Shown in pieces: positions 1 to 9,677 of a stretch of DNA of 64,000 nucleotides (the first letter of the stretch is position 1; every line of letters begins with the position of its first letter). The position numbers and the translations under genes are program-made. The stretch lies in the NCBI GenBank assembly GCA_963717435.1, contig OY970332.1, positions 256,001 through 320,000 of the forward strand, given 5' to 3'. The notes under the pieces were generated by a model. The model had not been told where the DNA came from. It did not search any database and was given only the letters and a program-made list of their open reading frames with translations. The stretch comes from an uncultured bacterium. GTDB lineage: Bacteria > Babelota > Babeliae > Babelales > Babelaceae.

Positions 1-304
1 ACGGCTCGCCGAGCCAGTTAGTGGCAGAAAAATAAAACGTAATATATTCTGAGCCATTTTTATTTCTTCTGTGAACAACATGCACAAATTTAAGATCTTC
101 TGGACTTACGATAATTCCAAGCTCTTCTAAAGTTTCGCGCGCAAGGGCTTGACGAACGGTCTCGTTGCCATCAACGTGTCCGCCAGGAAATCCATAAAGC
201 CCTCCGCCATAAATTTGTGGAGAACGCTTTAATAATAAAACTTTATTGTCTTTAATTAACAAAATTCCGGCAGCTAGCTTTGGAGAGAAGTTTTTATTTT
301 CCAT
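1..304 (-). CDS. NUDIX hydrolase (3' end runs off window)
   Basis: Manual translation from ATG at 304: MENKNFSPKLAAGILLIKDNKVLLLKRS...GGHVDGNETVRQALARETLEELG contains the Nudix box GX5EX7REUXEEXG. Confidence 0.9.
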   Translation of the reverse strand, partial: MENKNFSPKLAAGILLIKDNKVLLLKRSPQIYGGGLYGFPGGHVDGNETVRQALARETLEELGIIVSPEDLKFVHVVHRRNKNGSEYITFYFSATNWLGEP

Positions 305-387
305 AAATATTTTTATTTTACTTATAAATTGTTACTCTGTTTTAAGTTAGTTTATTAAAGCAAAAAAAAATTTAAAATAAAAATATT

Positions 388-819
388 ATGAGCAAGCAGC
401 TGAAAAATCTTCTTGAAAATATTATCAGTCCCGAATCAGACTGGAAGATTTGCCTGCTTTCAAGATGGCAAGAGGTTGTGGGAGGGCTCAAAACAAAAGT
501 GCGTCTTGAAAAAATTAATGACGACACGCTAATAATTGGCGTTTATGATAGCGCTTGGATGCAAGAGATTTTTATGCTCTCTAATGTAATTTTACAAAAA
601 GTTCACAAAGTTATCGGCAAAGATAAAATTAAAAAACTTAGATTTAAGCTGGTTGAAGAAAAAAAACTTGAATACAAAAATAAAAGTAACCCAGCCAGTA
701 AAGAAAAAGCTTATAAAATAGAACCAAAATTCAAACGCGCGCTTGAAAATATTAAAGACACTCAGCTTCAGAATGTTCTTGAAAAGTATTTAATACAATG
801 TCTTAATAATAAAATTTAA
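388..819 (+). CDS. DUF721/DciA-family protein
   Basis: LLSRWQEVVG...DDTLIIGVYDSAWMQEIFMLSNVILQKV pattern typical of DUF721. Confidence 0.75.
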   Translation: MSKQLKNLLENIISPESDWKICLLSRWQEVVGGLKTKVRLEKINDDTLIIGVYDSAWMQEIFMLSNVILQKVHKVIGKDKIKKLRFKLVEEKKLEYKNKSNPASKEKAYKIEPKFKRALENIKDTQLQNVLEKYLIQCLNNKI

Positions 820-839
820 AAAAATTTTTAGGAGAGTTT

Positions 840-2393
840 GTGTTAAAATTAATTAAGTTATCTCTTATTTTATTAATCAGTTTATTTTTCTCAAATATCT
901 CAAATACAACTTGTACAAGCCAAGAACAAGATAATTATCAAAATTTTTTTATGGGCGCATATAAGCACAGAACGGGAAAAACAAAAGCAGCCCAAGATAA
1001 CTTTGATAAATTTTTTGCCTCAAATAAAACTCCAAATAAGCAAGCTTATAGCGAATATTTGAATTTTTTGTTTGAAACAAAGCAATATAGCAAATTTGAA
1101 TCGGTTTTAAACTCTCATGCAGATATGTTCAAAGATGACGAGAAAATTCAACTTTACCATGCTGCTATCTTAAAAAATTTGGGTGCCAAACAAAAAGCGC
1201 AGTCTATATATCAAAATTTATCACGCCAGTTTCCACAAAACCAAGAAATTGCTTACGAACTTATTTTAAATCTCATAGAAGATAAAAACTACGATGCGGC
1301 GCTTAAAATTTTGCAAAAACTTTTACAAGAGAATATTGCTGCAAATGCAAATTATATTTTTCATCTAATAGCCTGCAAAATTTATATCTCGCTTGGGAAG
1401 TTAAGCTCAGCAAAAAGTTCTGTAGAATCAGCTTTAAATTTGTACCCGCAGTCGGGAGAAAGCTGGCTCATGTTTGCGCTAATAAATCAAGAATTAAACG
1501 ATCTTAACGATGCAATTTACGGTTATAGTAGATTTTTGGATATATCTGGAAAAAATAAATCTATAGAAAGTGAACTTTTAAAATTAAAACTTAGGCGTCA
1601 TTCACTTTCGCAATCGAATCTGGCTGAGAGCTTACTCGCATACAATTCAAAAAATTATAAGCAGGCGCTAATATATTTAGAAAATGTTTTGAAAGACGAC
1701 CCGGGCTCAATAGAAGCAAAACTTTTAAAAATCGAAATCTTAATAACTTTAGGTGATTTGCAAAAAGCCCTAAATATTATGGAAAAAGAGATAGAATCAG
1801 GTGAAAATGAAAAAATCTGGCTTGAATTATTATATTTGATATTTCAATATACAAAAGACACAAAAGATAAAAATCTTGTAATTAAAAATCTAAAACAAAT
1901 CTTAAAAAATACTGGTAAAAGCTTGCTGGTTAATTTATATGGCGCAGATATCTTTTTTAAAATCGATGATAATATTAATGGCATAAAATATGCAGAAAAA
2001 GCGCTTCGAAATACTGATAACTTAGAACTTAAATCAAAAATAATTTACCAGATTGCAACTATATATTATCAAGATAAAGATTACAAAAAGCTTAATAATA
2101 TACTTGATAAAAATATATTATTAAAAACAGATTACGCGCCGTTATTAAATTTAGCTGCTTATTATTTTGCTACCAAGGGAAAAAACTTAGAGCTTGCCCA
2201 AAAACTTCTTGATAAGGCTTTAAAAATCGATCCGAAAAATCTGCACTATTTAGATACTAAAGCTAAAATCTTGTATAAACAGAAAAAATATAAAGAAAGC
2301 TTGGAAATTCTTGAAAAAATAGCAAAACTATTACCTGAAGATAAATTTGTTAAAATTAATCTTGAAAAAACTAGAAGCAAGCTAGCAAATTAA
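840..2393 (+). CDS. Tetratricopeptide-repeat protein with signal peptide
   Basis: Hydrophobic N-terminus; many TPR helices; C-terminal LNLAAYYFA...ALKIDPKNLHYLDTKAKILYKQ. Confidence 0.8.
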   Translation: MLKLIKLSLILLISLFFSNISNTTCTSQEQDNYQNFFMGAYKHRTGKTKAAQDNFDKFFASNKTPNKQAYSEYLNFLFETKQYSKFESVLNSHADMFKDDEKIQLYHAAILKNLGAKQKAQSIYQNLSRQFPQNQEIAYELILNLIEDKNYDAALKILQKLLQENIAANANYIFHLIACKIYISLGKLSSAKSSVESALNLYPQSGESWLMFALINQELNDLNDAIYGYSRFLDISGKNKSIESELLKLKLRRHSLSQSNLAESLLAYNSKNYKQALIYLENVLKDDPGSIEAKLLKIEILITLGDLQKALNIMEKEIESGENEKIWLELLYLIFQYTKDTKDKNLVIKNLKQILKNTGKSLLVNLYGADIFFKIDDNINGIKYAEKALRNTDNLELKSKIIYQIATIYYQDKDYKKLNNILDKNILLKTDYAPLLNLAAYYFATKGKNLELAQKLLDKALKIDPKNLHYLDTKAKILYKQKKYKESLEILEKIAKLLPEDKFVKINLEKTRSKLAN

Positions 2394-2399
2394 CGCATA

Positions 2400-2461
2400 C
2401 CCCGACCCTTCGATACATTCTTCTTCGCCAAGGCGTCGAAGAACACTCAGGGCGAGCGGGG
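2400..2461 (-). repeat. Palindromic element copy A (intergenic)
   Basis: Reverse complement reads CCCGCTCGCCCTGAGTG-hairpin-TGTATCGAAGGG, matching the other copies in the window. Confidence 0.9.
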
Positions 2462-2522
2462 CTTACGAGCAAAAGTTTTTGCTAAATTTAAAAGTAAATT
2501 TAAAAACTTAATTAGAGAAAAT

Positions 2523-3524
2523 ATGGGGAAAAAATATATTTGCGCGGTTGCAGGAAAATCTGGCGGTCATATAATCCCGGCCCTGACTTTGTGCCAAGAT
2601 TTCTTAAAAGATAATAAAGATTTTGGTGTTATTTTTTTTACAACAAATTCAAAATTAGATTCTGAGATTTTATCAAACTATAATTTTATTAATAATCACA
2701 TAAAATTGGATATTAATAATTTGTCAAAAAACCCGATTAAACTATTTGGAGCTATTTTTGGCTTAATTTTAAGTTTTTTTTCAAGTCTTAAAGTATTAAA
2801 AAAAATTAAACCAGAAAAAATAATCTCAACTGGCGGGCTTGTGTCGATACCGGTTTGCATTGCCGCAAGACTACTTAAAATTCCTGTCGAACTTTACGAA
2901 CTTAACGCAATACCGGGCAAAGCTGCCAAATTATTAGCCAAATTTAATATTAAGATTTTTACTGTGTTTTCAAATACATGTAATTTGCTTAAGAACAAAA
3001 ACTGCAGCTTAGTAAATTACCCCGTGAGATTTACAAGTTCTGATATAATCCCCAAAAAACTAGCCTTAGAAAAACTAAATTTTTCTGAAAACAAAAAAAC
3101 TGTTTTAATTCTTGGCGGATCCCAAGGTTCAGTCTCGATAAACAATATTGTAAAAAGTTTTTTTGAAGCTCAAGCTTCTTCTGAAAAATATCAGGTTATT
3201 CACCAAACCGGAAAAACCCAAGTTGACGATCTAGAGAAATTTTACAACAAACATAAAATCACAAATCTGATATTTGATTTCAAACAAAATCTAGCAGATT
3301 ATTACTGTGCCTCTGATATTATTATCTCCCGAGCAGGTGCCGGTTCTATATTTGAGATTTTGTATTTTGCAAAAAACACAAAAAATAAAAAAGCTATAAT
3401 TATCCCGCTGGAAAATACTGCCGATAATCACCAAGTCGAAAACGCTCTGGCAATATACCGGCAGTATCCTGAAATATTTGTTGTTGAAAGACAGGGAAGT
3501 ATTAAGCCACAGAATCTAATTTAA
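2523..3524 (+). CDS. murG: UDP-N-acetylglucosamine--lipid I transferase MurG
   Basis: AGKSGGHIIPA, STGGLVSIP, ELNAIPG, LGGSQG, HQTG, SRAGAG, DNHQVENA motifs of GT28. Confidence 0.92.
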   Translation: MGKKYICAVAGKSGGHIIPALTLCQDFLKDNKDFGVIFFTTNSKLDSEILSNYNFINNHIKLDINNLSKNPIKLFGAIFGLILSFFSSLKVLKKIKPEKIISTGGLVSIPVCIAARLLKIPVELYELNAIPGKAAKLLAKFNIKIFTVFSNTCNLLKNKNCSLVNYPVRFTSSDIIPKKLALEKLNFSENKKTVLILGGSQGSVSINNIVKSFFEAQASSEKYQVIHQTGKTQVDDLEKFYNKHKITNLIFDFKQNLADYYCASDIIISRAGAGSIFEILYFAKNTKNKKAIIIPLENTADNHQVENALAIYRQYPEIFVVERQGSIKPQNLI

Positions 3525-4024
3525 TCATATCTGGGTTCAAAAAATTCTTGCTGCTGTTTTGCCAAAACAGCTTTTAATGCATCTTGCTCGCTTAAACGCC
3601 ACCATGCCATATCGGGCACGTCTGCTAGTCGTTGTCTTAATGAAATTATCAAGTTATCTTTTTCATCTAAGGCTTTGCTAATTGCATTAAGATCTAAAAT
3701 TGTTTCGGCATCTCGGACAGCAATTTTACTGCTATACTCATAAAATTTGTTACCGAGTTCATAATATTTTATTTTTTGCTCATTCATATCGATGCGCTGG
3801 CTAATTACGAACATAAGCAAAGCTGCTATTCCCAAGGTAACAACTGGGTTTTCACTGATCCATTCACCTGTTTCTTTGCAAAGTGTTTTCGCTTTTTGAA
3901 ATGCTTTTTGAAATACAGATAAATTTTGGGCCGGTTCTGAAATCTTGTTGCCCAACTCGAGATTATTGTTGCAATTTGCCATACTCACAGAGAATAGCAA
4001 AAATAATTTTAAAAATTTATGCAT
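3521..4024 (-). CDS. Hypothetical exported/membrane protein
   Basis: ORF 3521..4105; likely start MHKFLKLFLLFSVSMANC at 4024 behind a GGAG RBS; one internal TM segment and coiled-coil C-terminus. Confidence 0.6.
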   Translation of the reverse strand: MHKFLKLFLLFSVSMANCNNNLELGNKISEPAQNLSVFQKAFQKAKTLCKETGEWISENPVVTLGIAALLMFVISQRIDMNEQKIKYYELGNKFYEYSSKIAVRDAETILDLNAISKALDEKDNLIISLRQRLADVPDMAWWRLSEQDALKAVLAKQQQEFFEPRYD

Positions 4025-4159
4025 ATTTTTTCTCCATTTAGGTGTTATTTTACTTATATTTAATATAATAACATACCATTTTTTGGAGTCAAAAGCCCCC
4101 CTCATTTACTGCATAAATTACGGGCGGGCCCCATCTATTTTCAGGTTTGAGCCAGGTAG

Positions 4160-6049
4160 CTACTCAAGAATAGCTATGGAACCCTCGCTACCTTCAGAGA
4201 CTTTTTGGCCCGTATAAGGGTCAATAAACTGTTCGAGCAAATCAGAGTCGTACTTAAATGTTTTTCTTGTAGTCTCGATTTTGCGATTAAATTCGAGCCA
4301 TATTGGAAATGCAGTTCGAACTGCAAATACATTATCTCCCATGGGCTGATTATTATCCAAACCAATATAAACAGCTGTTGTTAATTCCGGCGTAGAGCCC
4401 GTGAACCAGCAGGACCTTGAATCATTAGTGGTTCCAGTTTTTCCAATTATTTCTGATTTGAGCCATTTCTCATTTAAGATTTTTGAAAATCTTGCCATGC
4501 TAATACTCAAAACTTTTGCAACCTGACTGTTAACTATTGGCAAAAGAGCCTGATGCATCTCGGGCTTTGCCTGAAATATTTTCCTGCCCAATTCGTCTTT
4601 AATATAGCTTATTATATAGGGCTTTATGTAAACGCCAGAATTCGCGTAAACATTAAACATTGCTGCAGACTGCAAAACAGTAGCGTCAACGCAGCCCAGA
4701 GCCAGTGACGGGTAAATATTATCGATTTTATCAAGACCAAATTTTGAGGCAAGATTTATAACTTTATCTATCCCAACCGATAATAATAACTTAATTGTAA
4801 CAATATTATTTGAGCGTGATAAAGCCTGCGCAAGAGTTATAGGGCCCTCAAATTCGTGATTAAAATTATTTGGTGACCAAGCCTTTCCATCAAATTCAAA
4901 AGTTGTCGGTTCATCGACAAGAACATCAGAAAATTTTGCCCCTGTTTCTATAGCTTTTGCATAAATTATGGGCTTAAATATAGAACCCATCTGTCGTTTT
5001 GCACTAATTGCCCTATTAAACTGGGATTTTCCATAATCTATCCCGCCAACCAAAGATCTAATAGCACCAGAATTAACATCTAAACATACGAGCCCGCCAT
5101 TCAGCTCAAGTTTTAATTTTGATCTTAAATTTTTAACTTGGGTATTAAAAACCTCTTGTGCAACTTTTTGTTTCTCTAAATTTATTGTCGTCTGAATTTT
5201 ATACCCACCTGAGTATAATTGCTTTTTTCCAATAATATTTTCAAGTAAATTTGTAATATACTCTCTCAAGTGGCCATTCAGTTTTTCGTCTACAATTTTT
5301 ATTTTAAGGTCAGAATTTTTGGCTTCTTGATATTCAGAATCTGTAATAGATTTTGTAAGTTTGTGCATAGAATTTAGAACAACATTTCTACGACTTTTTG
5401 CAAATTCAGGATTCGAAAGCGGACAATATTTTCCAGGGGATCTTACAATACCTGCTAGCGTAGCGGCTTGCGCTATTGTTATCTCTGCAACACTTACACC
5501 CCAGAATCTCTGACTCGCGGCCTCTACGCCATATATTCCGTGGCCAAAGCATATATGATTTAGATAAATTTCCAAAATCTGGCTTTTTGTAAACTGACGT
5601 TCAACAACTACCGCCAAAATTTGTTCTTTTATCTTTCTTGCGTAATTCTTCTTTGAGTTAAAAAAAAGTAATTTCACCAACTGCTGGGTTATGGTACTTG
5701 CGCCCTGAACTTTTTTTAAATGATATAGGTTAACAAGCATTGAACGGGCAATACCACGAAAAGAGATACCAGAATGGGAAAAAAACTTATGATCCTCGGC
5801 AGCCAAAAATGCATTTTTTACATGGTCTGGAATATCAGCAATATTAACAACATCGCGCCTATCAACCTGAAAACGCATGATCTCTTTGCCTGTTTCATCT
5901 AAAACTATGCTTGGCTTGCCAGGATTGTAATTTTCAAGCACAGAAAAATCAACAAATGGGTGATAAGCAATATAAAAAATAGCACCCGCTGCCATAAACG
6001 AACAAGTCAGAAAAGAATAAAAAAACAAAGAGAAAATTTTTCTAAGCAA
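4160..6049 (-). CDS. Class A penicillin-binding protein (PBP1A family)
   Basis: Transglycosylase motifs AAEDHKFFSH and GASTITQQLVK; transpeptidase SIFK, SNN, KTG. Confidence 0.95.
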   Translation of the reverse strand: MLRKIFSLFFYSFLTCSFMAAGAIFYIAYHPFVDFSVLENYNPGKPSIVLDETGKEIMRFQVDRRDVVNIADIPDHVKNAFLAAEDHKFFSHSGISFRGIARSMLVNLYHLKKVQGASTITQQLVKLLFFNSKKNYARKIKEQILAVVVERQFTKSQILEIYLNHICFGHGIYGVEAASQRFWGVSVAEITIAQAATLAGIVRSPGKYCPLSNPEFAKSRRNVVLNSMHKLTKSITDSEYQEAKNSDLKIKIVDEKLNGHLREYITNLLENIIGKKQLYSGGYKIQTTINLEKQKVAQEVFNTQVKNLRSKLKLELNGGLVCLDVNSGAIRSLVGGIDYGKSQFNRAISAKRQMGSIFKPIIYAKAIETGAKFSDVLVDEPTTFEFDGKAWSPNNFNHEFEGPITLAQALSRSNNIVTIKLLLSVGIDKVINLASKFGLDKIDNIYPSLALGCVDATVLQSAAMFNVYANSGVYIKPYIISYIKDELGRKIFQAKPEMHQALLPIVNSQVAKVLSISMARFSKILNEKWLKSEIIGKTGTTNDSRSCWFTGSTPELTTAVYIGLDNNQPMGDNVFAVRTAFPIWLEFNRKIETTRKTFKYDSDLLEQFIDPYTGQKVSEGSEGSIAILE

Positions 6050-6148
6050 TTTTGTCCCAGTAAACTTATTTGAAGAAATTTGTTTTAGCCAGTAAATTGT
6101 AACTATTATTAACTATTTTTAAATAAGTATAAATATTTTAAAAATTTT

Positions 6149-6574
6149 ATGAACAAAGCAAATAATCTAAACCTGAGCCCCTATTTTATCGCAACTGCTA
6201 TATTTATCGCAGATCTGATATTTATGTCATTATCAGGTAGGCCGTTTACATATATGACAAGAGAAGCTTATTATCTTGACTGCTTTGACCAGATTTCTAT
6301 ACCCAGGAGAATATTTTTTTTGCTGTTGGTTATAACCCAGTCACTTATATTTGGCTTTCGCCTGTTTTATGACTTTATATTAATAATTATAATTAATTTA
6401 TTGGGGTTAGTTTTTGCTAAATTTATAAACCATTCTTATCTGTCAGGCTATCTCATAGCCTCAGGATTAATGCTTATTACGGGTATCTTTTTAAAGCTAC
6501 CATGGACAATTTTAAGCGTAACTGTTAATCTAATTTTAATATATTTTGTAATAAAATATCTCAAGGCAACCTAG
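6149..6574 (+). CDS. Small multi-pass membrane protein (possibly MreD-like)
   Basis: 141 aa, about four hydrophobic segments; divergent from PBP1A; family not certain. Confidence 0.55.
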   Translation: MNKANNLNLSPYFIATAIFIADLIFMSLSGRPFTYMTREAYYLDCFDQISIPRRIFFLLLVITQSLIFGFRLFYDFILIIIINLLGLVFAKFINHSYLSGYLIASGLMLITGIFLKLPWTILSVTVNLILIYFVIKYLKAT

Positions 6575-6934
6575 GCGATCGCTATAAAAAGTTAAAATGT
6601 TTTATAGAGGAAAGTCCGGACTCCAAACGAAAATGACACCTTTGACCCAACTATGCAAATAATGGGTCTTAGGAGGGCGTAAGTCCATGGAAAGTGCCAC
6701 AGAAAAGAACCGCCTTTATTATTTATATTAGGGGTAAGGGTGAAAATGGGTGGTAAGAGCACCCAGTAACAGATAGTAATATTTTGTTAAGGGCAAACCC
6801 TGTCAGGAGCAAGACAAAATAAGTAGTGTACGTTTTTTCGTTACGATTTAAACATACGGGTATGTCGCTAAGATAAATGGTTGCTAATAAATATAAATAT
6901 TTATACAGAATCCGGCTTATTGGTTACCTTGAGA
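6559..6934 (+). ncRNA. rnpB: RNase P RNA (bacterial)
   Basis: Conserved GAGGAAAGTCCGGACT, GAAAGTGCCACAGAAA, GGTAAGGGTGAAA, GGTAAGAGC, GGCAAACCC, ACAGAATCCGGCTTAT; P1 = TCTCAAGGCAACC (6559-6571) / GGTTACCTTGAGA (6922-6934). Confidence 0.96.
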
Positions 6935-6967
6935 ATTTTCTTAAAATCTTAAGAATTTAAAGAGAAG

Positions 6968-7723
6968 ATGAATATGAACCCCAAAAATCCCATTTGGCTC
7001 GCCATCCCATTCTTACTATTCTTCTCGGGTTATATTCTTATGAGCTTTGTTACCCAAGTGCCTGAAGTGGACACTCCCTCACTGCTGGGCAAGCAACTCA
7101 ACGAAGCTGTTTCAATACTTTCTAAGTTAAATTTAAACGCCAGAATTTTAAATCAAAAAGAAGATCTAGAGCTTCCTGAGGGCACGATTATAAGCCAGAC
7201 TCCAAAATCTGGATCAAAGATCAAGCCAAATCAGTCGGTTTTTATTATAACCACAAAAAAGCCGGGCAAAGAAAAAGCCCCAAGCTTTATCGGGTTAAAA
7301 ATCTCAGAAAATCCTGATAACTCTCTAAATAATTCTGAAGTCGCGGAGTTTGCAAACTCTAAAGAGATAAAGACAAAAATCTACAAACTTAAGAGTAATT
7401 ACCCTACTGACACTGTAGTATCACAGTCTCCAGAAGTCGATTATGAGTTTCCTGATCAAAAAAATAAAACTGTTTTATTATATGTAAGCTCTGGCAACGA
7501 GACATTAAGAATTTTCCCAGATCTTCGCAGCAAAAGCGTAAATCATATAAAAAGCTTTTTAAGCGAAAATGGGCTAAAATTTGAGATCATTCACCCATAT
7601 GCCATAGAACCGTCCCATACCTGCCAAAACTGCGCCGCAAAGGACCAGCGACCTCTAGCCGGCTCTTTAATTAATCCCGAAAAACCATTCACTGTTTATA
7701 TCAGTGCCGAATACAATCACTAA
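6968..7723 (+). CDS. PASTA-domain membrane protein
   Basis: N-terminal TM then repeats such as TPSLLGKQLNEA...EGTIISQTPKSG and TDTVVSQSP. Confidence 0.85.
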   Translation: MNMNPKNPIWLAIPFLLFFSGYILMSFVTQVPEVDTPSLLGKQLNEAVSILSKLNLNARILNQKEDLELPEGTIISQTPKSGSKIKPNQSVFIITTKKPGKEKAPSFIGLKISENPDNSLNNSEVAEFANSKEIKTKIYKLKSNYPTDTVVSQSPEVDYEFPDQKNKTVLLYVSSGNETLRIFPDLRSKSVNHIKSFLSENGLKFEIIHPYAIEPSHTCQNCAAKDQRPLAGSLINPEKPFTVYISAEYNH

Positions 7724-7733
7724 AAACCCCAGT

Positions 7734-7770
7734 CTTCGTCTATCCACGCCATCAGGCTTGGCAGACTACG
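7734..7770 (-). repeat. Short palindromic module (type 2), related to 35378-35415
   Basis: Reverse complement CGTAGTC-TGCCAAGCCTGATGGCGTGGATA-GACGAAG; core matches 35386-35408 at 19/23. Confidence 0.65.
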
Positions 7771-7835
7771 CCCGGCGCAGCCAGTCTTAGGTTGCTGCGC
7801 AAAAACCCAATATTACTTACCAATACCCCCATCCA

Positions 7836-7864
7836 TTGACTTAATTTTCCATTTGAAATATAAT
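7836..7864 (+). promoter_or_regulatory. sigma70-type promoter for 7923 ORF
   Basis: TTGACT-17 nt-TATAAT. Confidence 0.65.
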
Positions 7865-7922
7865 TAATAGTGGATATGGGGAAATGTTCAAAATTAAAAA
7901 ATTTTGACTGAGAGGTTATTTT

Positions 7923-8594
7923 ATGAAGTTTTCAAAAACAAGAAATCTATTATTTATACTACTGGCTTTTAGCCCAATACTTTCAATATTAGGGGCTGAA
8001 ACCGGGAGTAAGTCTGAATCTAAGACAGAAGAAACGAGCTCGATAAGTTCAACATTTTCAGGCGCCTTGGAGGCTTGCAAAGGGTTAGCGGTTACCGCAG
8101 GTACCGTTGGATATAAGTTTGCCGGTGACGCCTTCAGAGATTGCGTTCAAAAGCCCGCATTTGGATATGTCCAGTCTTGGATCTTTGTTACACTCTTGCA
8201 AAAAATGATACTGGAAAAAATTCACCCCGATGAATTCACAAACAAAGAAAAAGCTGGGGCGGGTGTAGTGCTGGCCGCACTTTATATATTCTACAAACAT
8301 TACACAGGTGATGACCAACCAAAAATTGATATGATGCCCAAAACATTTCAGGGTTTCGTATTACTTCTTGCTGAAAGAGATTCGGGGTTGGCTGTCTTAC
8401 GCGACTTCAGGTATCAACTTGATACAATAAAAAAAGACTTAGCCACAGAGAATAAACAAGGTCTTGAATTGCTTGCCCTATTATACCCTGATCTAATAGC
8501 TGCTCTTGAGCCAAATCAAAGACTATACTTGAACGACTTGATAAAACAGGTTACAGGTAACGATACAATAGTGATCCCGGCTAAAGAAGTCTAA
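7923..8594 (+). CDS. Hypothetical exported protein
   Basis: GAGG RBS, signal-peptide-like MKFSKTRNLLFILLAFSPILSILGA; no family recognised. Confidence 0.7.
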   Translation: MKFSKTRNLLFILLAFSPILSILGAETGSKSESKTEETSSISSTFSGALEACKGLAVTAGTVGYKFAGDAFRDCVQKPAFGYVQSWIFVTLLQKMILEKIHPDEFTNKEKAGAGVVLAALYIFYKHYTGDDQPKIDMMPKTFQGFVLLLAERDSGLAVLRDFRYQLDTIKKDLATENKQGLELLALLYPDLIAALEPNQRLYLNDLIKQVTGNDTIVIPAKEV

Positions 8595-8615
8595 AGCTAT
8601 AAATTGATAATATTC

Positions 8616-8648
8616 ACGGGTATGGATTTGAATTCCATACCTGTTTTT
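8616..8648 (+). terminator. Intrinsic terminator
   Basis: ACGGGTATGGA/TCCATACCTGT stem followed by T-tract. Confidence 0.7.
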
Positions 8649-8846
8649 GTTCCTAAAAAATACCTATAATCCCAGATATAGCCCTAAAATTACCAAATTT
8701 GAGCTCCAATGGGCCATTTTTATTTGAAACTATTAAAGTGCTGCCCCCATAAAATCCTCCCCCAAACACACGATTTATACCCATTTCTTAGAGTTATTTT
8801 TACCCCCCCTTTAAACCTGTATTTAACCGGCCCGGACCCCACCCTT

Positions 8847-8874
8847 TTGACATTAAAACCCCCTAAGTTAAACT
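8847..8874 (+). promoter_or_regulatory. sigma70-type promoter for 8961 ORF
   Basis: TTGACA-16 nt-TAAACT; context resembles the promoter at 25502. Confidence 0.55.
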
Positions 8875-8960
8875 GTTATTATAATACAATTAGAATTAAG
8901 CCAGGTATTGATACCTATACATACCTGAAAAAGCAATATAAGAAAATAAATGGAGGTTAT

Positions 8961-9611
8961 ATGAAATTCTACAAAAAGATATTACCTATCTTGATGTTAA
9001 CCCTAACTGGTTCAATATTTGCTGTTGATATCGCCGCAATTCAAACACCGGCAGTAAATCATGTAATAAATAGTGAAAAAACAGATTTACAATCAACAGA
9101 CTTGAATAGCTTGTTGAGTAAATTAGATTTAAAAGAAAAAGAACAAATCCTAAAAGAACTTGCAAAACTTGCAAACAAAGAAGAAAAAGAAGAAGAACCA
9201 TATTTTGGATTAATTTCAGAAGAGGACATGCAAACTATAAAACCATTGTTAACAGTGGGTTTCATAGTTGCGTCAATGTATACTAGCCAATGTTTAATTG
9301 CACCGGCGTTTGGAGAAATGCTAGGTGGAGCGGGACAATTTCTAGGCGCTCTGGCTACGCTTCCTACCTTGCCGTTTAGAAATCCTAGTATTGCAGATAT
9401 AATGAACAATAACATTCTCACATACTCAGGTACATTAAAAAAGGCTGGCTTAGGTTTGGTGAACATCGGTTGGAACCTTGCAAAATTTCAAGTCTACAGT
9501 AGTGCCTTGCTATATTTAAAAAGAAAATTTGCTACCAATGAAAAAGATTCGCAATCTGATGAAAAAGATTCGCAAATTGGGGATGCTTTCGAGCAATTTC
9601 TAGAACAATAA
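8961..9611 (+). CDS. Hypothetical exported/membrane protein
   Basis: GGAGG RBS before ATG 8961; signal peptide MKFYKKILPILMLTLTGSIFA. Confidence 0.7.
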   Translation: MKFYKKILPILMLTLTGSIFAVDIAAIQTPAVNHVINSEKTDLQSTDLNSLLSKLDLKEKEQILKELAKLANKEEKEEEPYFGLISEEDMQTIKPLLTVGFIVASMYTSQCLIAPAFGEMLGGAGQFLGALATLPTLPFRNPSIADIMNNNILTYSGTLKKAGLGLVNIGWNLAKFQVYSSALLYLKRKFATNEKDSQSDEKDSQIGDAFEQFLEQ

Positions 9612-9677
9612 GAAGTTTTAGAGTAAATTATAATTTATGAATTTTAAAGACAAACAGGAACAAATCAGGGACAAATT

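Noticed and set aside
2843-2853. TCGATAC matches in murG and similar short hits in dnaG, the 35562 ORF and yraN
   Set aside because: Only the heptamer matches; the second arm and hairpin of the element are absent
8709-8960. N-terminal extension of the 8709..9611 ORF
   Set aside because: Pro-rich translation of a promoter region; a strong GGAGG RBS and signal peptide place the start at 8961
9538-9575. 21-nt-period duplication encoding EKDSQ twice
   Set aside because: Real, but an ordinary slippage duplication in a variable C-terminal tail
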